Shown here one piece after another: positions 8,909 to 20,000 of a stretch of DNA of 20,000 bases. A program made the position numbers and the translations under genes. The notes under the pieces were generated by a model. The model ran no database searches and was not told the origin of the DNA. It saw nothing but the letters and a program-made list of their open reading frames with translations. The stretch comes from Catajapyx aquilonaris (Eukaryota), in assembly GCA_000934665.2 (NCBI GenBank), contig JYFJ02001452.1:59584-79583 (forward strand), read 5' to 3'. Numbering within the stretch: position 1 is the stretch's first letter; each line of letters starts with the position of its first letter.

Positions 8909-11900
8909 CTAGGAGAGAAAAAGATGGGCTGGCTTACACACATGATAGGTTATTCGATCATCACAAACTACTGGGAGGCGTTCACTTTCTAAAAGGAGTT
9001 CGTAAAAAAGTGGAGAAAAAGGTGAAAAAAAACCAAAAACATGTGCATCTCACAGTTTGAAAACTTGCAAAATCTCTGTCAACCAACTAAAAAGCCAAAA
9101 AACGTTGCCATTTCCTTCGCCAAAAAGTTGCAATTCTAAGTGTTGGTGCTTCCTCTTTCACGTTACTTGCAAAACACTCTACAAAACCAAAAAATTAAAA
9201 TAATATACAAAATAGGGGGGCCTACTAGTGCCTGATTCGCCGACAAAACACAAAAAATAAAAGGTTTGAAGCCAAATCAATAATCCGTTCAAGACTTACG
9301 TTACTGTACATACAGCTGTCACAACAAATGGTTGCGTGATGAAAGAGTCATATTTCAGTTGGGGAAAAAGGCTGCTGTAACATGGCGCCTGCAATTCACT
9401 CCTATTTCATGACCAATGCATTACACCCACCAATCGCGCGTTTAAACGCGACAGGAGATGTGGAGAGCTATCGCAAATGGAACAAAATGCCCTCCTGAAA
9501 AACGATACTGGAATACTACATCCCCCAAGTCGCCAGGGACTCTGCCCGTTGCCAACGTGTGAGAGAACACCCCTCAAAAAATATACAAAACGGCTGTCAC
9601 ACACAGACCAAATTAAAACCCATTCCTCATCTTCAGCTGCTTGTCAACCGTGAAACTTGATTGACATCGGCGACACAATTTACATAGATCTGACCTCTGA
9701 CAGAGCCGGAACGCAGGAAAACGCCAACGCTAATGCGTCGATTTAACTGCATATTAACCGAGCCTAGGGGCGGAATATTTTGTACCTCCCTTTTCTCTTT
9801 GCCCAAAAAAATACACGTCAGGTGCAAATGATCTTAATCTGCATACGTTTTTTGGGGGAATTCGAATCGATCCACACAAAATTTCTTGGTCCATTTTCAG
9901 ATTGTAGAAAGGGTGAAAGGCACCCTCTGCTCTCCAATCTAATAGGGTTGCACAATGCTGGAGATAAGGCAGGAACGCTAGTCGTCAAAAAATGTGCAAA
10001 CGGAAAGTTAAGCGCATAAATACTTCTGGAAAAGATATCCCCACTCCCCCTCCTCCCTCTTTTTTTTCCAGGCTAGATCTATGCCGGATTTTTCTTTTAG
10101 TTTTCCGCACTATCAGCCATCTTTCCTCATAAGAAGCGGCCTTACTCCGTCGGCGGGAAATTATAATCTTGATTTATGGTCGCGTACGATCCAACTTTCT
10201 GAAAATGTTTCTGCAATTTCTGGCCTAGCGCACTGCTAATATTCCCCTCCTCCATAGCATAGACCATAGAGCGTATAAAAATCCAGACCTTTTTACGGAT
10301 GTTGCCAGAAATAGACCACTGCTTGGCAACTCCATTCGGGAAGGGCACAAAAATGGTATTGATATGCATTGAAGTAATTAAGAGCGGTGTTTATGGAGAA
10401 AAGGGTGCAGCGATATATGGGCCTTTGGCAAATCCCTTTCGCCATAACTTTGTTGCCTTGATCTCGGCATGCAAAACCCTGAGCGATAGCTTTGGCTGCC
10501 TATCCTATCAATGCCGATGATGCTGCATAAACATTCCCTGCTTGAGCGAAATTGCCGTCATATCTGCTCAGTCACGGCGTCCTTTGCCAAAAAAAAAAGG
10601 AAAAAAGGAAGCAAGCCCACCCACAAAAGAGCCCTCGGTATGAAAGGGGGTGGAGCGACACTTTGATCGATTTCCATCAGCACTTGGAATATTGTGCAGT
10701 TATGCACGCATTTAGGCCATCATCCCTGAAAGACGCTGGAAAATTGGGCTGGCATAATGTATTTTTTCTGCATCTTAAGAGCACTGCAGTTTGGTCTATA
10801 ACATAGGTGAAAGTTTGCACAAGCTTTTATTCTAATTGAGACGATGTCTTTTCATGCGGCCGCTTTCAACTTCACGACCTATCAACAGAATATTATAGTG
10901 CAGCATCCAATATTCCGCGCAATTACACGTGTCACGAAGAAATGTATAATATACTGACAACGCGGCAACGTATCAGTCTCGGGAGGGTTGCATAACGGCC
11001 AGGATGAGTGCTCATTTTTGGCTAATTTTTTTTCCTTCAAAATCTCCATGCCAGTTAGCTAATTGGTCCATTCAGCCTGTTTCCTGCACATTTATCCGCT
11101 CCCATAGTTTTTCCCCAAAAAAGGCTCACATTTGTACTTTGGCCACCTTTTACACCCGATCTCCCGGGTAGTCCAAGCGAACAATGGGACAGCCCCCTGC
11201 CCCCCACCAATTACGAAACTACCGCTTTCAAAATCTGAGTACAAGCTGGTGCCAACGAACCGTATTCTCCACGTGGCCCTCCCCAGTCTGGATGTGTATA
11301 TACCTCGGGCTTAATTTGAGTGGTGGTTCTCCTCTGGGGAGCCCAATGGGAGGAAAACCTGGGGATGCTGCTGCCTGAATTAAGTCCCAAAAACGACAAC
11401 ATCGTCCCAGTGCATAGGGAGGGATCCATTCTGACCCCGGGGACTCTATATTAACTAGCCAAATGAACTCGGTGGGTGAGTTAAGCCGACTGGGTTGCGG
11501 GGACTGGAATAATCCGGGGACACCGCAGGCCCCCCCTAGTTTCCATCTACCGTTATATGCTCCAACCTAGGCATCTTTAGATCCGGAATTCGGGCCACGC
11601 CACTGATCCGGATAACAGGTCGCAAAACAAATCTGCGAGCGCCAATTTATGGCGGTTGTTTCGACGGAATTGAAACCGGATTTTCCATGTGATGTGGGCG
11701 GCTTGTAGTTTATCGCCTACTTGGGTGGGTGGGACTGGCTTGTTCCACTTGATAGTGGGATATGGCCGTTGCTGGCAACTAAACTACCATTCGCGGTCGC
11801 TCGTTAGACAAGGTGATCGGTTGGTAAACGGTCGGGAGCTACAGGAAATTCTGGAGCCCGTGTGTTTATCGCAGCGACGAGAAACGCGGTTTTGTGGAAA

Positions 11901-14900
11901 AGCGGGTTTGGGTACACAAAAGACGGAAGGTTCATCCATAGGGTTTTATCCCAAAGTAAACACTGTCGCGCTTGCAAGACGGTTATTTACAGCGACAAGA
12001 TTAAACGTGAAGGTGACTTGGGCTGGGAAAAAGGAATCAAGCCACTGCGACTTTTTGAGCTCTTGGAAGATTCGAGGATTACACTGTCAAAATACGGATG
12101 GGGTTGGCTCGACACCGCAACAAAGATTTAGAGCTCTGGAATCAATGCCTCCAGCACACTTGCTACGACCCTGTACTGTACAAAGATGGCAGCATGTTGT
12201 CAATAAAAATTGAAAAATTGAACATCAGAATTTATGCGCACCGCGAATTCTGCAGCCCTTAACATCAACTGCAGAATTATTATCACTTAGTTAACTGCCG
12301 ATCTGCACTCCTAACTGCCAGCTTGGCCAAGTACTTAGTATGTAAGAAGCCTTCCACGCGGGCAGCTTCCGGTTTGCAACGTCGGACATGTGAGTAAATC
12401 CAGGCTGAGGCGTAAATCTGTGCAATATTCCGGGCAGCCAGCACACTTAGGTCCTACTTTCCGCCGTCCTAACGCGATCTACACGCCCAGAATTTTGATG
12501 ACCCCCCCATGTATTTTTATATTTTTTTATACTTTGAAAGGCAACATTCCGCATACAAACCTGATGCGGATTATCAATAGGCGCAAAAACCTGAGTGCGG
12601 ACTGGTCGCGATGACAAAAGAATTATTTCCATTCCGAGCTGCCCAGTATCTTGCACAATTCCATGGCTCGTATAATAAGCCCCTTTTGCCTTATAAAGCC
12701 CCTCCAGGATGGGCATACGTCGCAGGGATAAGGGAGGGGACGGGGGGAGATAATCGCAACCTTATTTCCATTTTATCCGATTCGGCCGCGATACTGCATC
12801 TCAATGGCATCTTGCAAGCGACGGGAAGGTAGGACGTGAGTCGCTTGCAACTAGTTCTCATTTGGCTGCCATGGAGCCGGAGACTTTTTTTTTCAGCCGT
12901 TTCTCTTCTGGTCGCTTCCGCTGCTCTCCCGACAGAATAGCTCCAAAATGCCTCTGCTGCCAGCTTTCCTTTCAACTGGACCGGCATGAATGGCAATGGA
13001 GCTGCAGCTTCACGTTTTTTTAACACTACGCCATTCCAGGAAAACCTTCAGGCAAATGGGATTAGGCCGCAGTCTAACTTCCGCAGTCAATCCAAATGTG
13101 GTGTCAAAACTATGTAGTGACACAGAGCAAACCCAACTGATCGCATCAAGTCACATGTGGAATGTAGAACAAGCTTGAGCACGGGTTAAACGTGAACTAT
13201 ACAAAAATGATGATGTGCTTTTTCCAATATTCGATAGTGTTCAGTCAAGGGAGAAGCTGATAATTTAAAACGTGGTCATGTTGAAGAGACAGAGTGATAG
13301 AAGCCTGGATACTCCGTACTGCGGTAGTGAGTTACTGCAATATCTTTGCTGATTACAGGCTGCAACGCGGCACAGCCTTTTTTAATTACCAGACTTCACA
13401 CAGCATATTTTGGACGATAATGTAGCTTCATTAAGGTAAGCCATATCCAGTCATCTACTGTCCCCGGGCACTTGGCTACGGAATTTTTCATTGGCATATA
13501 GTGTACTTATATGCTAAAAATTAGCTTCGCAGTATAATTAATTGCCCAAGTCCACTCCCCAAGATTGAGGAAAAAGAAGATTACCCACTGCTTACTCCAG
13601 CAACTATTTTTCTTGAGACCGTGCAATAACTTTAATGCACAAAGGTAATCCAACTTTCCAGAACGCCCGTAATATAACCGAGACCAGGATTTTGAAACTG
13701 GGTGGGATAATTCTCAATGTGGGTCACATGCAGGGGGGGGGCTCCTATCCAAAAATTCCGAAGAGAAGTCATTGCCAGAGTTGTGCAGCGCAGTTTGAAT
13801 TTCATCAGGTCGCTGTCGGCAAAACCCTTCCCTCTGATTCTGGCCGATTGTCTGCTTCATCTCACTTCCATCCCGCAAATTGGAACAAATTCGCACTCCT
13901 CTGTATACCCGGAGAGGAACGTCGGCAAATAAAGTGAATGAGACAAGCTGTACGGCAGACCTCTGCAACCATCCACATTGGCATTCCGCACACCACATTT
14001 CAAACCTTCATTTTTTTTTTCTTCGCCCGAATTTCCTGCCCTAATTTCGGTCAAGACGCAATTAAGGCACTGGCGTGGCTTGAATTTAACGCTTTAAACC
14101 TCCCTAGCCATAATTATATACTAAGTTTTGTTGATCCAAATTTTCCGAGGATGTTTGCTCAGGAGTCTATGTAATTACCGAACCGCATCAGTATTCTTGC
14201 CCGACTTATTGGGTTTTCTTCGCTCATCCTTACAACAACCTTCCGCTATCTCCTCACTTCCGTTTTTAATTTCTTGCTCACACTTTTCTACGTTTTTTTT
14301 TCTTGGTATTTTGATCGTGGGAGGGGGAGGGTGCCATTACCACCGGAACAGCTTTCTCCATTAGACGCCTCATTTATAACTTCATCCCATTATAAACGAG
14401 AGCAGATAAGCGTTACATCCAAGCAATTTGGGAACCCGATCTTGCCAAAATTAATACACTAAGCTCGAATCTACCCCTGGCATATAGAACCGGGGGAATT
14501 TTTCTTCCTCCTTGCGAAAGTCGAAGACGTGACTAGAATGCAGTTCTGTAAATAATTAGTTGGCACGACAAGAGAACTATGTCCGCTTTGCCGTCTTGAA
14601 ACCTTAATAACGCCCTCTCAATATTGCATTCCAAGTCAGGCCGAGAGGGTATATTAAAACGCCACGGACCTTTTTTTCTCATACTCTTTTTCTTTCTCTC
14701 CAGCTGAAAACTGGACAGGAATTCGGGGAAAATGCCAGGCCCCCCTGTCCAGCAGTGTGTATAACCTAGATATGCCCCACACTATGAGAGATATTGCCCT
14801 TAAGGGTGGTCTTGTACTGACAAGACTGCGTAAATTGGGCCCAAAAGATGGAAGCACATGTCGCCTTCGCTCACTCCGCCATCTTCCACCCAGGCAGCTA

Positions 14901-17900
14901 ACTGATGCAATTTTGGACACTCCCAAGTGATGTCCGTGTTTTCTTTGGTGATTACAAGCCTGTAAACTACTGTAGGAAATGGCTAGCTGGCAGAGAGGTA
15001 TAACAATCTAGATTGGATGCCTGGGCAAACACATGACAAAAAGGTTGGGCTGCCAGGCAACGCTCACTCGTCCCCCTTTCCGATACCCGGATCATTACAC
15101 GGATACGGTTTAAAGCCCGTGCGGATTATTTATTCGCCGCTACATTGTGAAATGGAGCGTGAGAACGCACTGCTTGCCCACATGTTTAGATATCGCGAAT
15201 GATGGAGAGTTCATAAATCGAGGTAATAATGAGGTCTGCCGGAAGACTAAAGAGCAGGTGGGCGCGTTCATACACAGCCTCCTGTCACCGCAATGTTTCA
15301 TGCGGCACGATTGGTGATCTCAGCAAATTGAAAATAGCGCAATGTTTTTTCTCCGTCCTTAATAGATTCGCTGCTAGCTACCGTTTGAAATACGTTCCCA
15401 TCTAGAGCTTGCAAATATCCGGCTCTCAGATAATACGAATAATTAAACTGTAAGTGGATTACTCTCCCTGATCCAGTGAGTCAAAAAGTAAGACTCTTTG
15501 CATGTCAGCAAAATCTCTGACTTTTGAACGTGACCATTTTAATCTCTTGAAATGCAAGGAGATGGATACTATCACGTTCGACGGTGTCTCTTCCGCTCTG
15601 GGACCGTCAGAAGAAAATCAGAAATATCTCTGGAGGAAATGGCGGAAAAAAAGAGGAAATCTCCTCTCGACCTCTTCAAGCCCTTCTCCTTACCCTTTTT
15701 TTCCCCTCCCTCCTCAACCCTGGTCCCTTCCATCTCCGCCCATTTCCTATTCACAAGGGAGTCCATCCCTATGGCGAACCAATTGCGATTTTTGCTAGCG
15801 GAAGAGATACGCAGCGGTCTGATAGCATCCTTGATGAACCTGCATGATCCCATCGGAAATGTAAGGTCAGTCCTCTCCTTTTTTTATCCTAATGCACCGG
15901 ATTGTACCAAACAACGAGCAGTCCTCAGAACAACAACGAACCAAATACAATTAGAGCCAAAGAGCCCACTAACAAGTTGCAAATAGGTTTCCTCCTCTGC
16001 CTGTGAATCCATTCGTAACGGTTAGCAACCGGTAAAGTGTATCCAAATATTCCTCCTGTTTACCCACCTTAATCATCCCAATCAGCTGGAGGGAGAAACT
16101 TTCAGCCCAAGTTTCTCATCTAATAACACATTTTTGGGGGTGAAATCTAAGCGAAAGTCGCTAGTGAATAAGCAGTGGATTCCAACTCTGTAATTACGCG
16201 CCCAAATTAATTTCGCAGCAGGATCTCCCGAAATTAGGTCCAATCAATTGCCTGCTGATGCCAGTTGATTCTACACAATGGTTTTCCCCAGAAGCACTTG
16301 CATGATATGATTGTGAATTATTTTGAGCTGGTTTTCACTACATAAGATAATTAACGCAATAATTACTCCATCAATATGAAAACAATTGAATCAAATGAAA
16401 GAGTAGCAAATAACTCAAAAAGTATTTTGGAAAGCAAGTTTTATGCAAACGGTGTCACTGGTATATTACAGTAATTTTAGGGGCAAATTTCCAGCAGAAG
16501 GCAAACAGACAGCAGCTCTTCGCAACTTTTTGTTGACACTCCGCCATCGCCCTCCTCGGAACGTCTCGCGTGTTGACATGCCCTGGCAAAAAGGCTTCCT
16601 ACCTGTTGATTTTTTTTTCCTTGCCATTTTTCTCTCCGGAAGTTCCCATATTGCCTGCATTTTCCGTCTCCCCCCCCCAAAAAAAAGGAGGGTATTCCCA
16701 TTTGCATGACAGGAAGGGTTCCCTCCGAGTGCCACCTCCCCTCGGCCACCAAAGTGTCATTGTGCTGATGGCTCGTAAATTCCGACTCTGACTGTTAACT
16801 TTACGACCTCTTAGAAAGATCCCCCCCTTGGGCCATGAATCTTTCAATCTCCAGTTGGAAAAGGATTTGGGCGCCAGGGGTTAGGACCAGAGGACGAATT
16901 ATCATTGTCAGACTTGCGCAAACTCCATTTGGATTTTTTTTCATGGCCGATCCTAACCTAATGCGGGTTAACGAACCCTCTTAAATTATTGTAGGGTCCA
17001 GCTTTAAATCGTGTGCCGTGTTCTTTGCTCCAATTTCTCGCCCGGCTTGCTTCAAGAACAGCTCAAGTGCCGGCAGTTGTCAAGTCCTCCGCCTAATCAA
17101 ACTCTGGGGGATGTTCTTAAGCTGAGCACTTTCATGCCGCTCTGACTCTGTCACTTTGTTTTAGGCGACTCGTGACGAAAATGGGGGCCGACGGATGCCG
17201 GCGCATACGGATGTGAGGCACATATCGAGCGTTATCTGACACTGCAGCTGTTTCTCTCGAGGACACTCAATTTTCACGGGCGCAGTAATCACGCTCACTC
17301 AAAATAATAAAAATAAAAAATACAACAGCCTTGTTTTCCCCAACCATTCTTCTGAACATTACCACATAACAGACACCAAAAAACACCTCTCCTAATCCAA
17401 CAAACTACTAGGGGGGGGCGAATAAAATTGCTCATTATTACATTGCCGTCCCCATGCATGTCATGGCCGTGTCATATTTTCCATTTCGACTGTTGATCAG
17501 GTAATTTGCCCAAACTAACACTATTTGTAGCTTTAGACATTTACGTAGCGGTCAATTAAATTGTGGTTTTGGGTTCTGGCAAACGAACCAGCTGTGCATC
17601 GACGTGATTGTTTTGCCACGACTGTCACCGGAGTTAACAAATGGGGTTTAAGCAATTTTATTCAAACAATTTCAAACGGTATTCGATATATGCCGAGTTC
17701 CTCCTGCTTGCTTTTGTGACCGAAATAAGTGCTTGTTTCAGGATGGTATTTATTTATTTCTAGAGGTTAATTATTATTGGTTTCATTGTTGAACCGCTCC
17801 TGAAGCGCTCACTCGATTCGAGTCACAACATTTTTGTCTACTGCTACTCGTGCACTTGGAGGAACCCTTGTTGGTAAATGGAAAGTGCTTGCAGCAATAA

Positions 17901-17975
17901 TAAAAGACTGTTTTAGTAGGACAAAAATGGGGGGCCAAAAGCTGAGGGGGTTCGGGCCAGGAGGGAACTACTTAC
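8909..17975 (-). other. Intron 2 (about 9.1 kb, exon 2 to exon 3a)
   Basis: GT..AG borders are defined by the flanking exons. No recognisable coding or transposon homology was seen inside. Confidence 0.85.
8957..8974 (-). promoter_or_regulatory. Putative intronic element base-pairing with exon 3a
   Basis: Plus-strand ATCATCACAAACTACTGG vs exon 3a sense ATTATCACGAACATCTGG gives 14 Watson-Crick pairs, 2 G-U pairs and a 2x2 internal loop. Confidence 0.55.
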
Positions 17976-18115
17976 AACATCAATGATCTGCATGAGGGTG
18001 AGGCCGAAGCTGAGCTGAAGAGGGTCTGATTCGTTGGCAACTGGTCGTTCCAGAACGTTATATCTGTCCAGGAGTGTGTGAAGCAGCCGTTTCTCGTGCG
18101 GACCTTGAAGGGACC
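17976..18115 (-). CDS. nAChRalpha7: nAChR alpha7-like subunit, exon 2 (xG-SLQGPHEKRLLHTLLDRYNVLERPVANESDPLQLSFGLTLMQIIDV)
   Basis: Translation matches the N-terminal helix of insect alpha5/6/7 subunits, and DPLQLSFGLTLMQIIDV is the alpha5/alpha7 type. Acceptor tatttccag|GG, donor GTT|gtaagt. It is 140 nt, phase 1 to 0, the same length as CHRNA7 exon 2. Confidence 0.96.
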
Positions 18116-20000
18116 CTGGAAATAGAGAAGAAATATCTCTTAGAAACAACACGCGCAAGAGCTCTGCTTATATTGGTATATAGCCTTCTGTGGCGGAGTC
18201 CTGTTCCAGACTTACCACGAGCCTCCAGGGGAATTAGGTTCACCGATACTAACACCGGAGGCTTGTAACAAAGTGAATCCCCGGAACTCTCAGACACTTA
18301 ATTATACTTGAGATTTTCTACTCTCCCCAGGAACGGAATCTGTTTCTCCCTGGTTTTTTGATAAACGGACAAAGGCGAGTGTAGTATATAGCAACCTGTG
18401 AAGCAAACAAGAAAAGCCCTTAGAACTATTTTCGAAACGTATAGAACAGACGGAATGAACTGTTGTATAGAAGTTGAGTAAAAAATTGTTGGCGGCGTTT
18501 TATCTGCGGTTGCAAGTTACTGCGACCCGGGTTTTATAGTTTTCCTTCATTAATGGCACACTCGCGCTCGGGAATAGGAACATAAACCTGTCTGGTGTTT
18601 GGATATGACTTTGAAGGATTTCCATGGTACCATTAACTGCTCCATTGGAGTAGGTGCAAGTCACTGCAAGTAGCGTCTCCAAGAGGACTAGAGCAAGAAT
18701 GGTCTTGGCATCTCCTCCTCCAAAAGTTTTCCAAAAGATTAATTACGGCAGCACCGAGTGGATTGCATTGTATTTTCTCACTCTCAAGGCCCCACGCTCC
18801 GACTGCAGGCACCAATGTTTACTAACTTGAACTTTACAGTAGTCGAGCGATATATTTTAATAACCCTACCTATTCTCTGAGATAATCAAGTGCCGTGCCG
18901 TGCAGTTACCTGCTTATTAACAACCGCAAGGCAAGGCACAAAGCTCTCGAAAAACTTTACAACCCTGGGCGTATAGTTTTTATAATGACGTGCCTGGCTA
19001 ATTATTATGCATAGCAAACTGAAGTAACCGCGTTACAAAAAAAAAACATGTGATACAAGTTGAACGTACTGGGCGTACAGTAACAGCAGGCAATCAAGAT
19101 TCTGGAACATTTAGTGATGCTTTTCATTTCGAAGGGGTGAACATTTTATCGCCAACTACCGTGGCTCAGATGGAGTCACAAAACTAGAACCCGAGAGAGA
19201 GAGAGGCAAGCCCCACGTGGAGAAGGTAATCGAGTTTGACGAAGGAAAAGCGACCAGACTCACGCAACTGTCGAAAGTTCTCTTCGGGAGGGTGGAGGAA
19301 ACGAGGGAAAAACTCGGCGAAACTTGTAGCAATCTGAGTTTTAATGGAGTCATTTGAGTCTATTGGTTTCGGGCTACATCACGAGGGCAACACCTTCCCT
19401 AAAGGTTCGAGGCAGGAAGAAGAGGGGGAAAGAAACGTTCTTCACACACCCTTTGCCCTCGTGGGAGTAGTTTCTAGGATAGTCAGCCACGCGCGAGAAA
19501 ACTGCGGTAACACTGATTGAACTGGACCACTCCGGATTAAATTGGCTACAGGGTGATCCATCAATGCAATACGCGCCTATAGCCATTACTACGATGTTTG
19601 TTCACTACTAGAGCAAAGGAGATCAAAACTGTAGTCTACAACCTCTCAGAGACTCCGAATGTAATCAAGCGATGCCAAACTCGCCCATCTCTTCCGTTCT
19701 TTGTGGGCCACCTTAGAGGACCAAAAAAGGGGCGCCCACTGTCAACTTTCCTGATCAATTCGGGAAACTTCACGTTTCAAGTGGTGACTTCGAGGTTAAC
19801 TCACTTCTTTTTACACACACAAGGACGAGTAGGATTTTCTCTTTGCAAGAGGGAGCTTATGGTGTGGACACACTCTGCTAGCCCAATTCTTGTGGTTTAA
19901 GGGATCCCTCCTTGGAATTGGGCGAAGGCAACTGGGCCAGCTAACAGTTGAATCGGATTCCGACCGTGGTCTACTTTGCAACCGCGGTCTGAGGCCGTGC

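Noticed and set aside
9021..9042. GGTGAAAAAAAACCAAAAACAT resembling the start of exon 3a
   Set aside because: It is A-rich low complexity and out of order relative to the better 8957-8974 match.
11689..12213. Longest ORF (174 aa, plus strand) and other 60-150 aa ORFs in introns 2 and 3
   Set aside because: No recognisable domain or transposase/RT motif, and the composition is typical of random intronic frames.
12246..16117. Isolated short hairpins (12246-12278, 10 bp; 16093-16117, 9 bp)
   Set aside because: They are single short stems with no supporting context, and prokaryote-style terminators are irrelevant here.
19140..19357. Protein-like open plus-strand frame (GSDGVTKLEPERERGKPHVEKVIEFDEGK...)
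   Set aside because: No start or splice context and no family recognised. It could be a decayed element, but I cannot support that.

Overview
This window is eukaryotic (arthropod-like) genomic DNA and lies within one minus-strand gene for a nicotinic acetylcholine receptor alpha subunit of the insect alpha5/alpha6/alpha7 (vertebrate CHRNA7-like) group. Its residues are closest to insect alpha7. Readable exons are exon 2 (18115-17976, 140 nt), two tandem 45-nt copies of exon 3 (3a 8908-8864, DEKNQIIITNIWLNL; 3b 8203-8159, DEKNQLLITNMWLRL), exon 4 (3361-3252, 110 nt) and exon 5 (619-439, 181 nt, Cys-loop). All have GT-AG borders and compatible phases. Exon 1 and exons 6 onward were not identified and probably lie outside the window. 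The remaining ORF-track entries look like intronic noise. Two things stand out. First, an alpha6-style duplicated exon 3 occurs in an alpha7-like gene and swaps the loop D residue (N vs R) equivalent to the neonicotinoid determinant beta1-R81. Second, several intronic elements are inverted complements of exons 5, 3b, 3a and possibly 2. In the exon 5, 3b and 3a elements many differences are G-U wobbles only on the transcribed strand. Together with long-range intron-intron stems, this suggests a pre-mRNA structure network for A-to-I editing and exon choice. All alignments were done by eye.
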